Below, in pieces: positions 53,917-63,625 of a stretch of 64,000 bases of DNA. The notes beneath the pieces are model-generated. The model saw only the letters and a list, made by a program, of their open reading frames with translations, had not been told where the DNA came from and did no database searches. How positions within the stretch are numbered: position 1 is the stretch's first letter; each line of letters opens with the position of its first letter. The position numbers and the translations under genes are program-made. The stretch comes from Flavobacteriales bacterium (lineage in GTDB: Bacteria > Bacteroidota > Bacteroidia > Flavobacteriales > CAJXXR01). The stretch spans positions 1,462 through 65,461 of the forward strand of contig CBDEVQ010000089.1 of NCBI GenBank assembly GCA_965243605.1, written 5' to 3'.

Positions 53917-53949
53917 AAAAAGCCTCTTTATTTTCATAAAGAGGCTTTT
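53917..53949. terminator. Bidirectional terminator between convergent genes
   Basis: AAAAAGCCTCTTTA-TTTTCA-TAAAGAGGCTTTT. Confidence 0.6.
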
Positions 53950-53953
53950 GTTT

Positions 53954-54577
53954 TTATTGGATGTTTAATACAAATTGTAAGTTAAAATCGGTATCACCAT
54001 CTCCAGCTCCAGATGTTGACGTTTTTATACCATCTGGTTGGTGTTGTAATCGCACTATAAATGTTCCTCCCGTTAATTGTGTAGCAGATGTTTCCCACTC
54101 TGTAGAAAGTCCAACTGGGTTACTGTTTTCATCTGTATCATTATACGTTAAAGGATCTGATGTATTGTCTACATTTCCATTTCCTAATGGTGATGCAAAT
54201 GCATCGTTTGTGAAACTATAGAAAATCTGGTGTTCATGATCTTCAGCAACTATTTCTTCTGTAATATCTTCTCCTGGAGTTTCTAAATTATTAGCAATTT
54301 CTAGATTTAATGTATAGGTTTTATTTACATCTAAATCGATCGGATCTAAAATTTGTAATTCTTGTACCCCTTCTCCATCAGGATCCTGAGCTCTGGCTTC
54401 AACAACATCACTAGCATCACTTTTATTTGTAAAAACAAGCTTTACATCTGTTATGATTTCTTCTTCGTTTTCATGCCCTGGAGCGTCGTCATCTTTACTA
54501 CACCCTGTTATTGCAAAACCTGCAAGTAATACAAGTCCTAATTTGTAATTCTTAAAGTTACTTAGTAATGTGCTCAT
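53954..54577 (-). CDS. Acidic, His-containing surface lipoprotein downstream of the TonB-dependent receptor
   Basis: Lipobox AITGC. GHENEEE and AEDHEHQ stretches suggest metal binding. Confidence 0.6.
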   Translation of the reverse strand: MSTLLSNFKNYKLGLVLLAGFAITGCSKDDDAPGHENEEEIITDVKLVFTNKSDASDVVEARAQDPDGEGVQELQILDPIDLDVNKTYTLNLEIANNLETPGEDITEEIVAEDHEHQIFYSFTNDAFASPLGNGNVDNTSDPLTYNDTDENSNPVGLSTEWETSATQLTGGTFIVRLQHQPDGIKTSTSGAGDGDTDFNLQFVLNIQ

Positions 54578-54627
54578 GATTCTTAATTGTTTATGTGTTT
54601 GGTTAGTGTATTGGTTCTTTTCTTGTG

Positions 54628-57046
54628 TTATTTTTTGGAAGTCTTTAAACTGTAGTTTAAGTTGAAAATGAAGTTTCGACCTAATTCATCAGCGAAGTAC
54701 CTCATCTCGTTAAGGTAACTTCTATAGGTTGTATTTAATATATTGTTAACTGAAATGCTCCCGTTAAACTGCTTCCATTTAAACCTCCAAGAAGCATTAA
54801 GCATAAGATATCCATCTGGAGCTTCTTTAAAATCAAAAATTTCGGAATTAGGAGATATAGCAATCGTACCATCTATTAAATCTTCTGGTTTTACCGTAAC
54901 GAGGGGCATTAAATTGTTTAAATGTATAGCTTGGTTTTAAAACTAAACTCGAAGAATCAAACTTCCAAAGCTTTCCTAAATTCCAATCGAGTTTATAACT
55001 GATTACAACTGGAGGTTGATTAATTAAAGCTTCTTTTTTATCTAGATTTTGTGACCATAGATAGCTAAGTCCAAATGTACCAGCGATATGTTCTGACCAA
55101 TCCGTTTTTAAACTATAGTCCGCTCCAACAAAGAATGCATCTGCCTGATCATAAATAAATACAGGCATTGGACCTCTAATGGTTCCAATAACTGCAAATG
55201 GACGATTAAAAATAAAGTTTTCTATATAATGAGAATACACCGTTACAGTATGTGCATTTCTATTTTTACGAACTTGATATTCATTAATAAATTTATATCC
55301 CTTTTCTGGTTGAACATTGCTGTTTTCCATTTTGATGACTTGGTTGGTTTTTAACGCATCTGATTCTGAAAAATGGTATCTTAATAAACCAAATGAGGTT
55401 TTATATCCGTGCTGACCAAAACTGTATAATTCTGCCATATTTGGCGTACGCCATGCTGTTCCTAAGTTTGTTCTAAATGTTTTGTTTTTTGATATTTTAC
55501 GTACATAACCTATAGATGATGTTACATTCGTAAAGCTATATTCGTCTTTAAAAATATCCTGATTCGTTTCTCGTCCTCTTACATTGTTTAATTCATAATC
55601 TAATCGGACTCCTGCTTCAAATGTATGTTTACCAACATTTTTATTCTCCGTTACAAATCCACTAAATCTAGATGTATTGTAGTTCGGAATTAAAGGGGTT
55701 GTTCCTGTACCAGAGTTATTATCGTTATTTTGATTAAAATACTGAACACCAACCAGTCCATTTAATTGTCTCCATCGAGGGTGTTTCCATTCCAATTGAT
55801 AATCGGAAGTCAATAAATCCAAATCTACAATTGGTCTATCTGCATTTCTTCTGACGTCAAATTCTTGTCTATTATTAAGTTGTTGCCCAGCACGAAACGT
55901 TAATTTCCCATCCTTAGAATACCACCAGTTAATCTCTACTTTACTAAAATGGTGTTGCGCTTGTTGATTGGGCTCATTAATATCATAGGAAAACGGCTTG
56001 ATAAATACAGGCTCTTCGGCATTAAGCGCTTTAATAAAAGCATCTCCACTTTCTGCTATCGAAGACCTTAACAAGGCTAATTTTTGATTGATATAACTAT
56101 AATGCAGTTTAAAATCCCAATTACCTTTACGATATCTTACGCCAAAATTAGCTGATGCTTCTTCTTTTCCAGAATTGGTTAACATATAATCTGGCGCATG
56201 TCTATCCCCTATTTTTGTATAATTTCCTCCTAAGTAATAACTCCAGTTTTCAAATCCTTCACCCACTTCTAGACTGGTATTAAAACCTCTACCATTGCTT
56301 TGGTATCCTGTTCCAGCTTCGGCCTTTAAGGGTTCATCTAAATATAAAGGGTTTGGTTGTACAATGATTGCTCCACCCAAAGCTTCAGGTCCAAAACGTA
56401 CACCAGAAGCACCTTTAATTACCGTAATGTTATTAGCCGAATTAATATCTATTTCGGGTGCATGGTCTGTTCCCCAATTCTGAAATCCATGTTTTAATCC
56501 GTTGTTTAATATTAGAATACGATTTCCATATAAACCATGGATAACGGGCAATTGAATATTGGTTCCCGCAGATGTTAAGGCCACACCTTGTTGGTCCATA
56601 AGTGCGGATGCAAGACTTTGGGTAGGATTACTTTTTATCTCTATTTTTTTTACGGCAACCTGAGAAATGGTTTTTGTTCCTACTTCTTTCTGTCGCTTCA
56701 CCTGAATGGTCACCATTTCCAGCTCCTGAACGTTTTCGGTGAGATAAATATGAGATGTTTTCCCATCGTGATTATGATAGTCGCATACAGAATTTGAATA
56801 GCCTACACAGGAAATAACCAAGGTATTACTATCTGTACATAAACCCTTAATTTCAAATTCACCGTTCGAATTGGTTGTGGTAAACCTTTCGGCATTAAGC
56901 ACCTCAACATTAACATATGAAATTGGCTGATTTGTCTCCTTATCGAGCACTCTACCGTTAACAGAATAAGAACAGCTGTCTATCTGAGCAAATACTACAG
57001 ATGGTAAACCAATGAGCAGATATGTGAGTATTAAAAGTATTCGCAT
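54628..57046 (-). pseudogene. TonB-dependent receptor interrupted by a 1-nt frameshift
   Basis: The 732-aa ORF has a CarboxypepD_reg-like N-terminus, a plug and a barrel, and ends in ...SYTFKQFNAPRYGKTRRF*. The overlapping 93-aa ORF continues barrel-like sequence (...LMLNASWRFKW...). The frames differ by one base around GGGG 54903-54906. Confidence 0.8.
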
Positions 57047-57180
57047 TGTTTGTTTGAAGTCGGTGTCCTTTTGTTCTGTAAAAGAAGAAGGTTGCTATTT
57101 GAATAGCATAGGATTAAATAATTCTTATTTTCTTAGACCCTTCTTCATGATATATGAATCATTTTGAATGCAAATATATG

Positions 57181-57223
57181 ATTAATTTAATTAACGCAAC
57201 CAAGATGCGTTAATTAAATTAAT
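57181..57223. promoter_or_regulatory. Box O3: 18-bp perfect arms ATTAATTTAATTAACGCA / TGCGTTAATTAAATTAAT (core AACGCAACCAAGATGCGTT, 57193-57211)
   Basis: Same core and same AT-rich flanks as O1/O2; about 150 nt upstream of the receptor ATG. Confidence 0.5.
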
Positions 57224-57520
57224 CATATATACATCTCACAATTCAGATATTGGGTATGACTTACAAATCCATGCGTATAATAGATATAATTTATATGGTT
57301 TTTGTTACTAACATACATGTGAGTCAATATTAAAAGATAACAAAAACCTTTCAATTCAGCTCATTGTTAATTATATACCTGTATTAAAAAAGGCATCAAT
57401 ACATTCATACTGATACCTCTTCGCCTAAATATATAACGCAAGTATTAACTTCAATTTGAAAGGTAGATACTAATAAAGAAAACTCACAAAATAACATTAT
57501 GGCTCTCTGATTATTCATTT

Positions 57521-59551
57521 TTATGACTCGGCAACCAATAACTCAAAATATTGTTTTGCTGTGAGTGGAATAATTTCGCCTTCTGGAATCACTTGTTTAC
57601 TCATCTCACAAATCAAAACATCCCCTTGTCTTTTTAAGCATTTAATATATGGAATCACATTTTTATGTATTCTAAACGTAGATGCAATCGCTTCTAATGG
57701 CTTATCTTTATATTGCTCTTCTATCCACAACCAATGCTCTTCATTTGTAGATGTACACCAGCATTTTACAGCATAGGCATAATTAGGGTTATTATCCCAT
57801 GACCAACGTTTTAAATCTTCAAACTGATTTAAATCGGCACAATATGTCTCGAAAACATTGTGCTTTTTTACGGTCTTCTTTTCTCCAAGCCCATTGTATT
57901 CAAAGTATTTAACTTTTATTCCGTCTGTTGCTATACGCTTAGCCTTTAGGGATTTCATAAGTTCAGACACGCCAACATAATTAAATGCAAAACGACGTAT
58001 ATTTTGATTCTCAATCAAAAACAAACTTCCTATACTATACGCTTCTTCTATTTTCCAAAAACGCTTAATTTTCTTCAAAATACCATTAAGATCAGGATTA
58101 TCCTTACAGAGCCATTCCCTATCCACTTCTCTGGTAATAAAATTCTGATAAGACTGATGTCTCATTTTAAGAATCTTCGTGTATTCCTTTAAAGAAATTC
58201 CAGAATGTTCAATTCTCCAACTTTTTATATAGAATTTACTTCGAGTGATGTACTCATTTTCTCTAATTTTATGATAAAAAGATTTAACAAGATTCGGGGC
58301 ATTCACTTCAAAGTATTCTGAGGTAAGAATACGCTTTAAAGACGTTTGATGTTTCCGTACATACTCTGCCTTTATTTTGGGATCTCCAACGAGTTCACCA
58401 ATCGTTTTTAATTGACTTAATTCCGGCTGGTCATTATCAATATTCAATTGGCCAAATACATGTTCTAAACCTGGGGTTTCAATAGACTTTGATGCATGAA
58501 AATCTCCACTAATTACTTTTAGATACTTAAAGGTTGTATACTGTTCGCAAGTGAAATATGGTTTCCTTGCAATTAAGTTTCCTTGTATAGATTTAATATT
58601 TGGTAAATCATGTTGAAAATAGTACGTGTTATCTATGTTCAATTCTTCAAGATTTTCGGCCGAAAATTTACCTAAGATTATAGATTGTTTCCTTAATTTT
58701 AATAGTTTAGGAGCAATTAGTTCAGAATTATTTCGGCTAATATTTAGATAATTGACGTCTTTTAAATTCGGAAATACATTCCCCATTCCAGATTTTACAT
58801 AGAGCATTCCTTTCACCGTTTCAACTTGGATAACTTGATCTGAAGCACTAAGAATACAATCCTCTCCAATTTCTTTAAGATTGGGGGTTTCTATTGAATG
58901 AAATTTATTATTTGAATGGACCTTTAAAGTTCGCCCTATTTTTTTAAGGTTAGGAAAAACACAACTTGATTCAAATATTGATATTGACCCATATATATTT
59001 TCAAGATCAATTTGTAACGGTTTTACAAGTCCTAATTTACCCAATATTGACCGTGTATCAATTATAATATTTCTAAACTCTAATCCTTCAATTTTATCAA
59101 CATCACTCTGTGTTTTTATTTCAACCCAAGAATCACTTTGATTATTAACAACATGAGATAAATCAATCTTTATTCCTTTTTGAACGATTCTACCTATGAC
59201 CATTTTTAAGCCTATTAAATTCACATCATTATGAATTTCTAAATCCCCCATAATAATTTCCAAAACAGGAACCTGAATAAATTTCTCGTGAATATTAACC
59301 GATCCATTTACCCGTTCTAAAAAAGGTAAATAAGCATCTTCAGCATCTATTGACAAACGACCATCAATTTGCAATAAATTTGGGCAAAAACAGTGTTTGG
59401 CTCTAATGATTAAATCTCCGTAAATGTATTTTAAAGGAATATTAGCGTCTTGTAAATACACTTCAATATGGCATTCTAAGCTATCGCTTAATTGCTTTAA
59501 ATCTTCCTTTTTATATATTTTAATTGTTTTAATCGTAGGCATTCTCAACAA
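57521..59551 (-). CDS. Hypothetical protein with N-terminal LRR-like repeats
   Basis: Recurrent I.G.L.I / L..I.G.L patterns (IYGDLIIRA, IDGRLSIDA, IMGDLEIHN, ISGDFHAS) over about 400 aa, then a non-repetitive C-terminal domain. Confidence 0.5.
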   Translation of the reverse strand: MLRMPTIKTIKIYKKEDLKQLSDSLECHIEVYLQDANIPLKYIYGDLIIRAKHCFCPNLLQIDGRLSIDAEDAYLPFLERVNGSVNIHEKFIQVPVLEIIMGDLEIHNDVNLIGLKMVIGRIVQKGIKIDLSHVVNNQSDSWVEIKTQSDVDKIEGLEFRNIIIDTRSILGKLGLVKPLQIDLENIYGSISIFESSCVFPNLKKIGRTLKVHSNNKFHSIETPNLKEIGEDCILSASDQVIQVETVKGMLYVKSGMGNVFPNLKDVNYLNISRNNSELIAPKLLKLRKQSIILGKFSAENLEELNIDNTYYFQHDLPNIKSIQGNLIARKPYFTCEQYTTFKYLKVISGDFHASKSIETPGLEHVFGQLNIDNDQPELSQLKTIGELVGDPKIKAEYVRKHQTSLKRILTSEYFEVNAPNLVKSFYHKIRENEYITRSKFYIKSWRIEHSGISLKEYTKILKMRHQSYQNFITREVDREWLCKDNPDLNGILKKIKRFWKIEEAYSIGSLFLIENQNIRRFAFNYVGVSELMKSLKAKRIATDGIKVKYFEYNGLGEKKTVKKHNVFETYCADLNQFEDLKRWSWDNNPNYAYAVKCWCTSTNEEHWLWIEEQYKDKPLEAIASTFRIHKNVIPYIKCLKRQGDVLICEMSKQVIPEGEIIPLTAKQYFELLVAES

Positions 59552-59753
59552 CTTTGGTAATCGGATTAAATTCTTGTTGAATGTATTTTATAACATGTTC
59601 GCTTTCGGTCTTAATACATCCATGTTCTCCATGAGAAATAATCCCTTCGCCTTTAATTTTTAAAACCTGAACGCTATCTATAGTTTTAACAACTTTTATT
59701 TTTTCAGCTTTTAAAACATGTGTATTTGTTGTCTTTTCTAAAAAATGCTCCAT
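59529..59753 (-). CDS. Small hypothetical protein
   Basis: ORF only; overlaps the next gene by 23 nt. Confidence 0.3.
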   Translation of the reverse strand: MEHFLEKTTNTHVLKAEKIKVVKTIDSVQVLKIKGEGIISHGEHGCIKTESEHVIKYIQQEFNPITKVVENAYD

Positions 59754-59770
59754 TGTTATTCAATTTAAAA

Positions 59771-59843
59771 GGAAAGAGAGCTGGGTTCGAACCAGCACTT
59801 CCGGAAGTGAGGTCCAGCGCCTTCCAATTAGCTACCTCTTTCC
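59771..59843 (-). tRNA. tRNA-like gene with non-canonical anticodon loop (best fold gives UCA)
   Basis: The minus strand reads GGAAAGAGGTAGCTAATTGGAAGGCGCTGGACCTCACTTCCGGAAGTGCTGGTTCGAACCCAGCTCTCTTTCC. The T-arm GCTGG-TTCGAAC-CCAGC is perfect. There is a D-arm-like UAGCUAAUUGGAAGGC and a 7-9 bp acceptor. The anticodon stem is CTGGA/TCCGG with loop CCUCACU, which lacks U33 and a purine at 37. Confidence 0.5.
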
Positions 59844-59885
59844 TATGTTATAATAGATTGTATTATGTTTCAACAACTCTATTTA

Positions 59886-61247
59886 TTACCATTGTTCTAT
59901 TTTATAATTTTTAAGCAATACGCCTACTAAAATAGGCTTTTCTTTTATTCCCTCAATAATAGGATGCATTATTCGTGCAGCCCCATCTACAGAATCTAAT
60001 GGTGGAATATATCCTTTAGAGAACTGCTTTTCTCTTAATTCCTCTTTTGCCCCTGTAGATATCCACCCTACATCTACAGCATACATATAAATACAATCTC
60101 CTTCATATGCCTTTGCTGAAGTCCGTGTTAACATATTTAACGCAGCTTTCGTCATATTTGTATGTGGATGGTATACAGTTTTATTAAGGTAGCTAAATTG
60201 ACCTTCGGATGACGTGACGTTAATAATAAAACGTTGGGGAAACTTAGATTTTTTAAGCCAAGGCGTTAATTCCTTGATTAAAAAATAAGGGGATATTTGG
60301 TTGATTAAGTTAACCTCTAATAATTCATACATCGAAATTTCTTCCAAGGTTGAATTCCAACTGGTTTTAAGTCGGTTATCAATAGGCTGCCCAAATCTAT
60401 TTAATGCAAATTCTTCAAATGTTTTATTCGAAGTGATAACTTGTGTTTCTTGAAATACAGACGTTGTGTTTGGCACCAACTTTTTATGATCAATGTTTCT
60501 TCCTATTTTTTGTTCTTCTTGCTGTACTAAAGGTGAATAATAGGTGTCGGTATACTTTATCGTTTGTGCTGCATTATTTATTAAAATATCTAAAGATTCA
60601 AAGTTTGACTTCATATACTCTACAAAGGATTCTACAGCGCTCAAATTCCTTAAATCTAAACCATATAGAGTTAAATTATCTTTCCAATGATTAAAATCCT
60701 TTTCTTTTTCAAATTGCTCTAATGCCAATCCAGGAAATCTTGTGGTTACAATAACTATGGCACCATTTCTTAAACATTTTAAAGCGGTAGAATACCCTAA
60801 TTTCACCCGTCCTCCAGTAATAACTATACGTCTACCACTTAAATCGATGGTATCAAACCTTCGGTCATAATTTTCCTGAGCACATACGGGACACATTCTA
60901 CTATAGAAAGAATGCACATGTTTGTATAATGCATTACACGCATAACAATGTCTAGGCTTATTTAAAGTCCGATCTGTATGCTGATTTTGTTTTACCCCAG
61001 AAGAATATGTTGTTTTATTATTAAGGGCTAAATTAGACATGGTTGAATGTGCCAATGTATCTAAGTCAATCTGAATACGCTCTTGGGAATTTTTATTTCG
61101 CTTTAGTTTTTTAGCCGCTTTATGTATTTTAACAATCAACCCAGAAAACAATTCATTATCTGGATTATTAAAAGGATCATTTTTCAATTCAGATAATACT
61201 TTTATACAAGTTTCCCATTCTTCTTTACTAAAATTATGATTATCCAT
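59886..61247 (-). CDS. SDR-family oxidoreductase with about 140-aa N-terminal extension
   Basis: Rossmann motif IVITGGRVKLGYSTA, NNAAQ, catalytic region HPHTNMTKAALNM, and an N-terminal CxxC...CxxC (CYAC, CPVC). Confidence 0.75.
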   Translation of the reverse strand: MDNHNFSKEEWETCIKVLSELKNDPFNNPDNELFSGLIVKIHKAAKKLKRNKNSQERIQIDLDTLAHSTMSNLALNNKTTYSSGVKQNQHTDRTLNKPRHCYACNALYKHVHSFYSRMCPVCAQENYDRRFDTIDLSGRRIVITGGRVKLGYSTALKCLRNGAIVIVTTRFPGLALEQFEKEKDFNHWKDNLTLYGLDLRNLSAVESFVEYMKSNFESLDILINNAAQTIKYTDTYYSPLVQQEEQKIGRNIDHKKLVPNTTSVFQETQVITSNKTFEEFALNRFGQPIDNRLKTSWNSTLEEISMYELLEVNLINQISPYFLIKELTPWLKKSKFPQRFIINVTSSEGQFSYLNKTVYHPHTNMTKAALNMLTRTSAKAYEGDCIYMYAVDVGWISTGAKEELREKQFSKGYIPPLDSVDGAARIMHPIIEGIKEKPILVGVLLKNYKIEQW

Positions 61248-61383
61248 GATCGTTTTTTAATAGGTAGATATGATTTAAAGCAAAAGATATTTTAATAGTA
61301 TCCGTATTCTAAACTTAACATATTTTTATTCCTTTTCAAATTAACGAAAACTTATTAGTTACATGATCAGAGCCCGTAATAAA

Positions 61384-61427
61384 AACAAATACCCCAATTA
61401 ACGCTTAGGGTTAAAGGGGTATTTGTT
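61384..61427 (-). terminator. Hairpin with flanking T/A runs
   Basis: AACAAATACCCC ... GGGGTATTTGTT with 12-bp arms and a 20-nt loop. Confidence 0.4.
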
Positions 61428-61488
61428 TTGTCATCTATTTTACATCTACATGTATTTATTTAACAAATAGAATAATATGTGAATATTC

Positions 61489-62694
61489 TTATTGTTTAAT
61501 AAACTTCCCTGATGTTCTTTGGGTTCCATCATTAATTTCAAGAATATATATTCCACTATTTAAATTCGAAATATCAACATTTTTTTCTCTCGTCTTAATA
61601 ATTCTATTTCCTCTAGAATCATAAATAACAACTTCCATATGCTCTTCTAAAAGCGGTATTTCTAATACATTTCCTAAAATTGGATTAGAGATATGAGATA
61701 AAATACTCTTTAAACCATCAATTTCATACACATCAACATTCTGATATACACATGTACTATCATCAAATATAGCAGACGCATTATAATTAATAGCTGTTGA
61801 ATCTGTACATCCCCATAAGTTAGAATCTACTTGATAAGATGTAAAACTATTAGCCGATAAAAAAACAGCACTATTATACAAATTATCTCCAATGTCAGAA
61901 ATGACCATCTTTAAATGATAAGTTGAATCTGGAATTAAAGAATCGATAATTGATAAACTTTCTGTGTATCCATTAAATGGAAAAGGGATATTACCAGGTA
62001 AAGCTGGATTATTCGAATTAAAAAGCGGTGCGTTATTTTGAAAATTACTGTCTACATAAAAACAAGCCGTTGGTAAATTACTCCCAGATGGAATACCTGC
62101 ATTTATTGAGTTTATACAAACCGGAATATCATTAGATCCAGGTATAACGGCTAAGTTTTTACTGTTATTGTAATACGTTCCGCTAATTCCAGGCCCAGTT
62201 AAAAAGAACCCAAAAACATCATTATACTGAGAACATGTAAAATTTTGATATTCTGTAGATGCAAAAATATACTCAAAATTAATGGCATCAAAATGTGGTT
62301 TAAAATCAAACTCAATACAAATAAAATTATTCATATTTACAGCACCCGTTGGTTGAGATATAACGGATACTAAAGATTGAAGATAAGGATTTGTCATTGG
62401 ATTTGGACCTGAAAAAGGACCTGTTACGCCTTGGTTAGCTCCAGTAACTCCCCATTCTGCTCCACCTGTTGATAAGACAATTCCTTGGGTTACGGGTAAA
62501 TCAGAAAACCCTTGGAATATTCCAATGGTGGAATCATTAGCCATAATATTAACATTAGATATTTCTATTGTATTATTAGTGGACACAAAATTGGCCATTA
62601 ATAATGCTGAATCAATAATAGAAACAGGCAATGGTAATACGGTTTGAGAGAATAATTGAGTGCTAAGAAAAAATAATAAAATCAATTGTTTCAT
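61489..62694 (-). CDS. Secreted protein with T9SS C-terminal sorting domain (choice-of-anchor-L-like N-region)
   Basis: Signal peptide, then GIFQGFSDLPVTQGIVLSTG. The C-terminal tail VIYDSRGNRIIKTREKNVDISNLNSGIYILEINDGTQRTSGKFIKQ is typical of Por/T9SS CTDs. Confidence 0.75.
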   Translation of the reverse strand: MKQLILLFFLSTQLFSQTVLPLPVSIIDSALLMANFVSTNNTIEISNVNIMANDSTIGIFQGFSDLPVTQGIVLSTGGAEWGVTGANQGVTGPFSGPNPMTNPYLQSLVSVISQPTGAVNMNNFICIEFDFKPHFDAINFEYIFASTEYQNFTCSQYNDVFGFFLTGPGISGTYYNNSKNLAVIPGSNDIPVCINSINAGIPSGSNLPTACFYVDSNFQNNAPLFNSNNPALPGNIPFPFNGYTESLSIIDSLIPDSTYHLKMVISDIGDNLYNSAVFLSANSFTSYQVDSNLWGCTDSTAINYNASAIFDDSTCVYQNVDVYEIDGLKSILSHISNPILGNVLEIPLLEEHMEVVIYDSRGNRIIKTREKNVDISNLNSGIYILEINDGTQRTSGKFIKQ

Positions 62695-62861
62695 GATACG
62701 AAAAATTAAAAAGTTAAAAAAATGAAAGCGAAATATACCTTTTTACGTTTAAAGATCAAAATAAAAACACATTGATTATCACACATTTACAATAATATCC
62801 TCAAAAATGAGGATATACTTATTCATCTATTATTTTAAAATAAGCCTTTGTTCATATTGTA

Positions 62862-63536
62862 TTAAAACATAATATTAAGAACAAAAAACAGAGAAATTAC
62901 AGCAATAGTAATATACAATGTCCAGTGTTCCATTATTTCCGAATTTTGCCTTTTGTTGTTCTCCATTTCATCCATTACAGCCTTCACATCATGCTTTTTA
63001 AACGCCTCTTTATACACGCCTAGATCCTTAATTTCATGGAGTTTGTAAGTTAAGACTAGATATGGACCATTTTGTTGTATTGTTTTATCACATAAATCAA
63101 TGCTTTTTCTAATGATCTCCTCTTTCTTATTTCTCACGACTTCTAAATCATCCATTTGATTTAAAATAGCAATTACTTTATTCGTGAAAACCATAGGAAT
63201 AGATTCAAATAAATCTGATCTTAATATTTGATCCAACAATAAATTAGCCGTTTCTAAATCTTGATTAATTTCTTCGAGTATCTTTTGTTTAGATTGTTCT
63301 ATCCATAAACATTGCACCGCTCCTAAAATGGCTACTAATTTATCTTTATTTTCATTTTTATAAAGCGCCTTAAAGCTGATTACTAGATCTTCTTTTATAT
63401 ATTCCTTTAACGCTATATTATTATATTTTTCATCTTTAAAATAATTACTAAGCCCAATATTATTTTCAATAATTAAGCGATTTAAATGTCTATCCTGATT
63501 GATGAATATTTTGATTTCCTTTGAACTAAGTTTCAT
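62862..63536 (-). CDS. Hypothetical tail-anchored protein
   Basis: Single C-terminal hydrophobic helix. Confidence 0.5.
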   Translation of the reverse strand: MKLSSKEIKIFINQDRHLNRLIIENNIGLSNYFKDEKYNNIALKEYIKEDLVISFKALYKNENKDKLVAILGAVQCLWIEQSKQKILEEINQDLETANLLLDQILRSDLFESIPMVFTNKVIAILNQMDDLEVVRNKKEEIIRKSIDLCDKTIQQNGPYLVLTYKLHEIKDLGVYKEAFKKHDVKAVMDEMENNKRQNSEIMEHWTLYITIAVISLFFVLNIMF

Positions 63537-63625
63537 TATAATATTATATTTTATTTCACTGTAAATTTAATATTTAATTACTTTTGTTACCTATAAAAGA
63601 ATTAATAATATTTAAATCCCTTAAT

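Noticed and set aside
54628-54909. Independent 93-aa gene
   Set aside because: Its sequence is the C-terminal barrel part of the TonB-dependent receptor read in the frame shifted by one base. It is treated as part of one frameshifted gene.
59771-59843. Canonical selenocysteine tRNA (selC)
   Set aside because: The UCA anticodon and extended acceptor are reminiscent of selC. However, the variable arm is only 4 nt, the total length is ~73 nt and the loop lacks U33. No Sec machinery is visible here.
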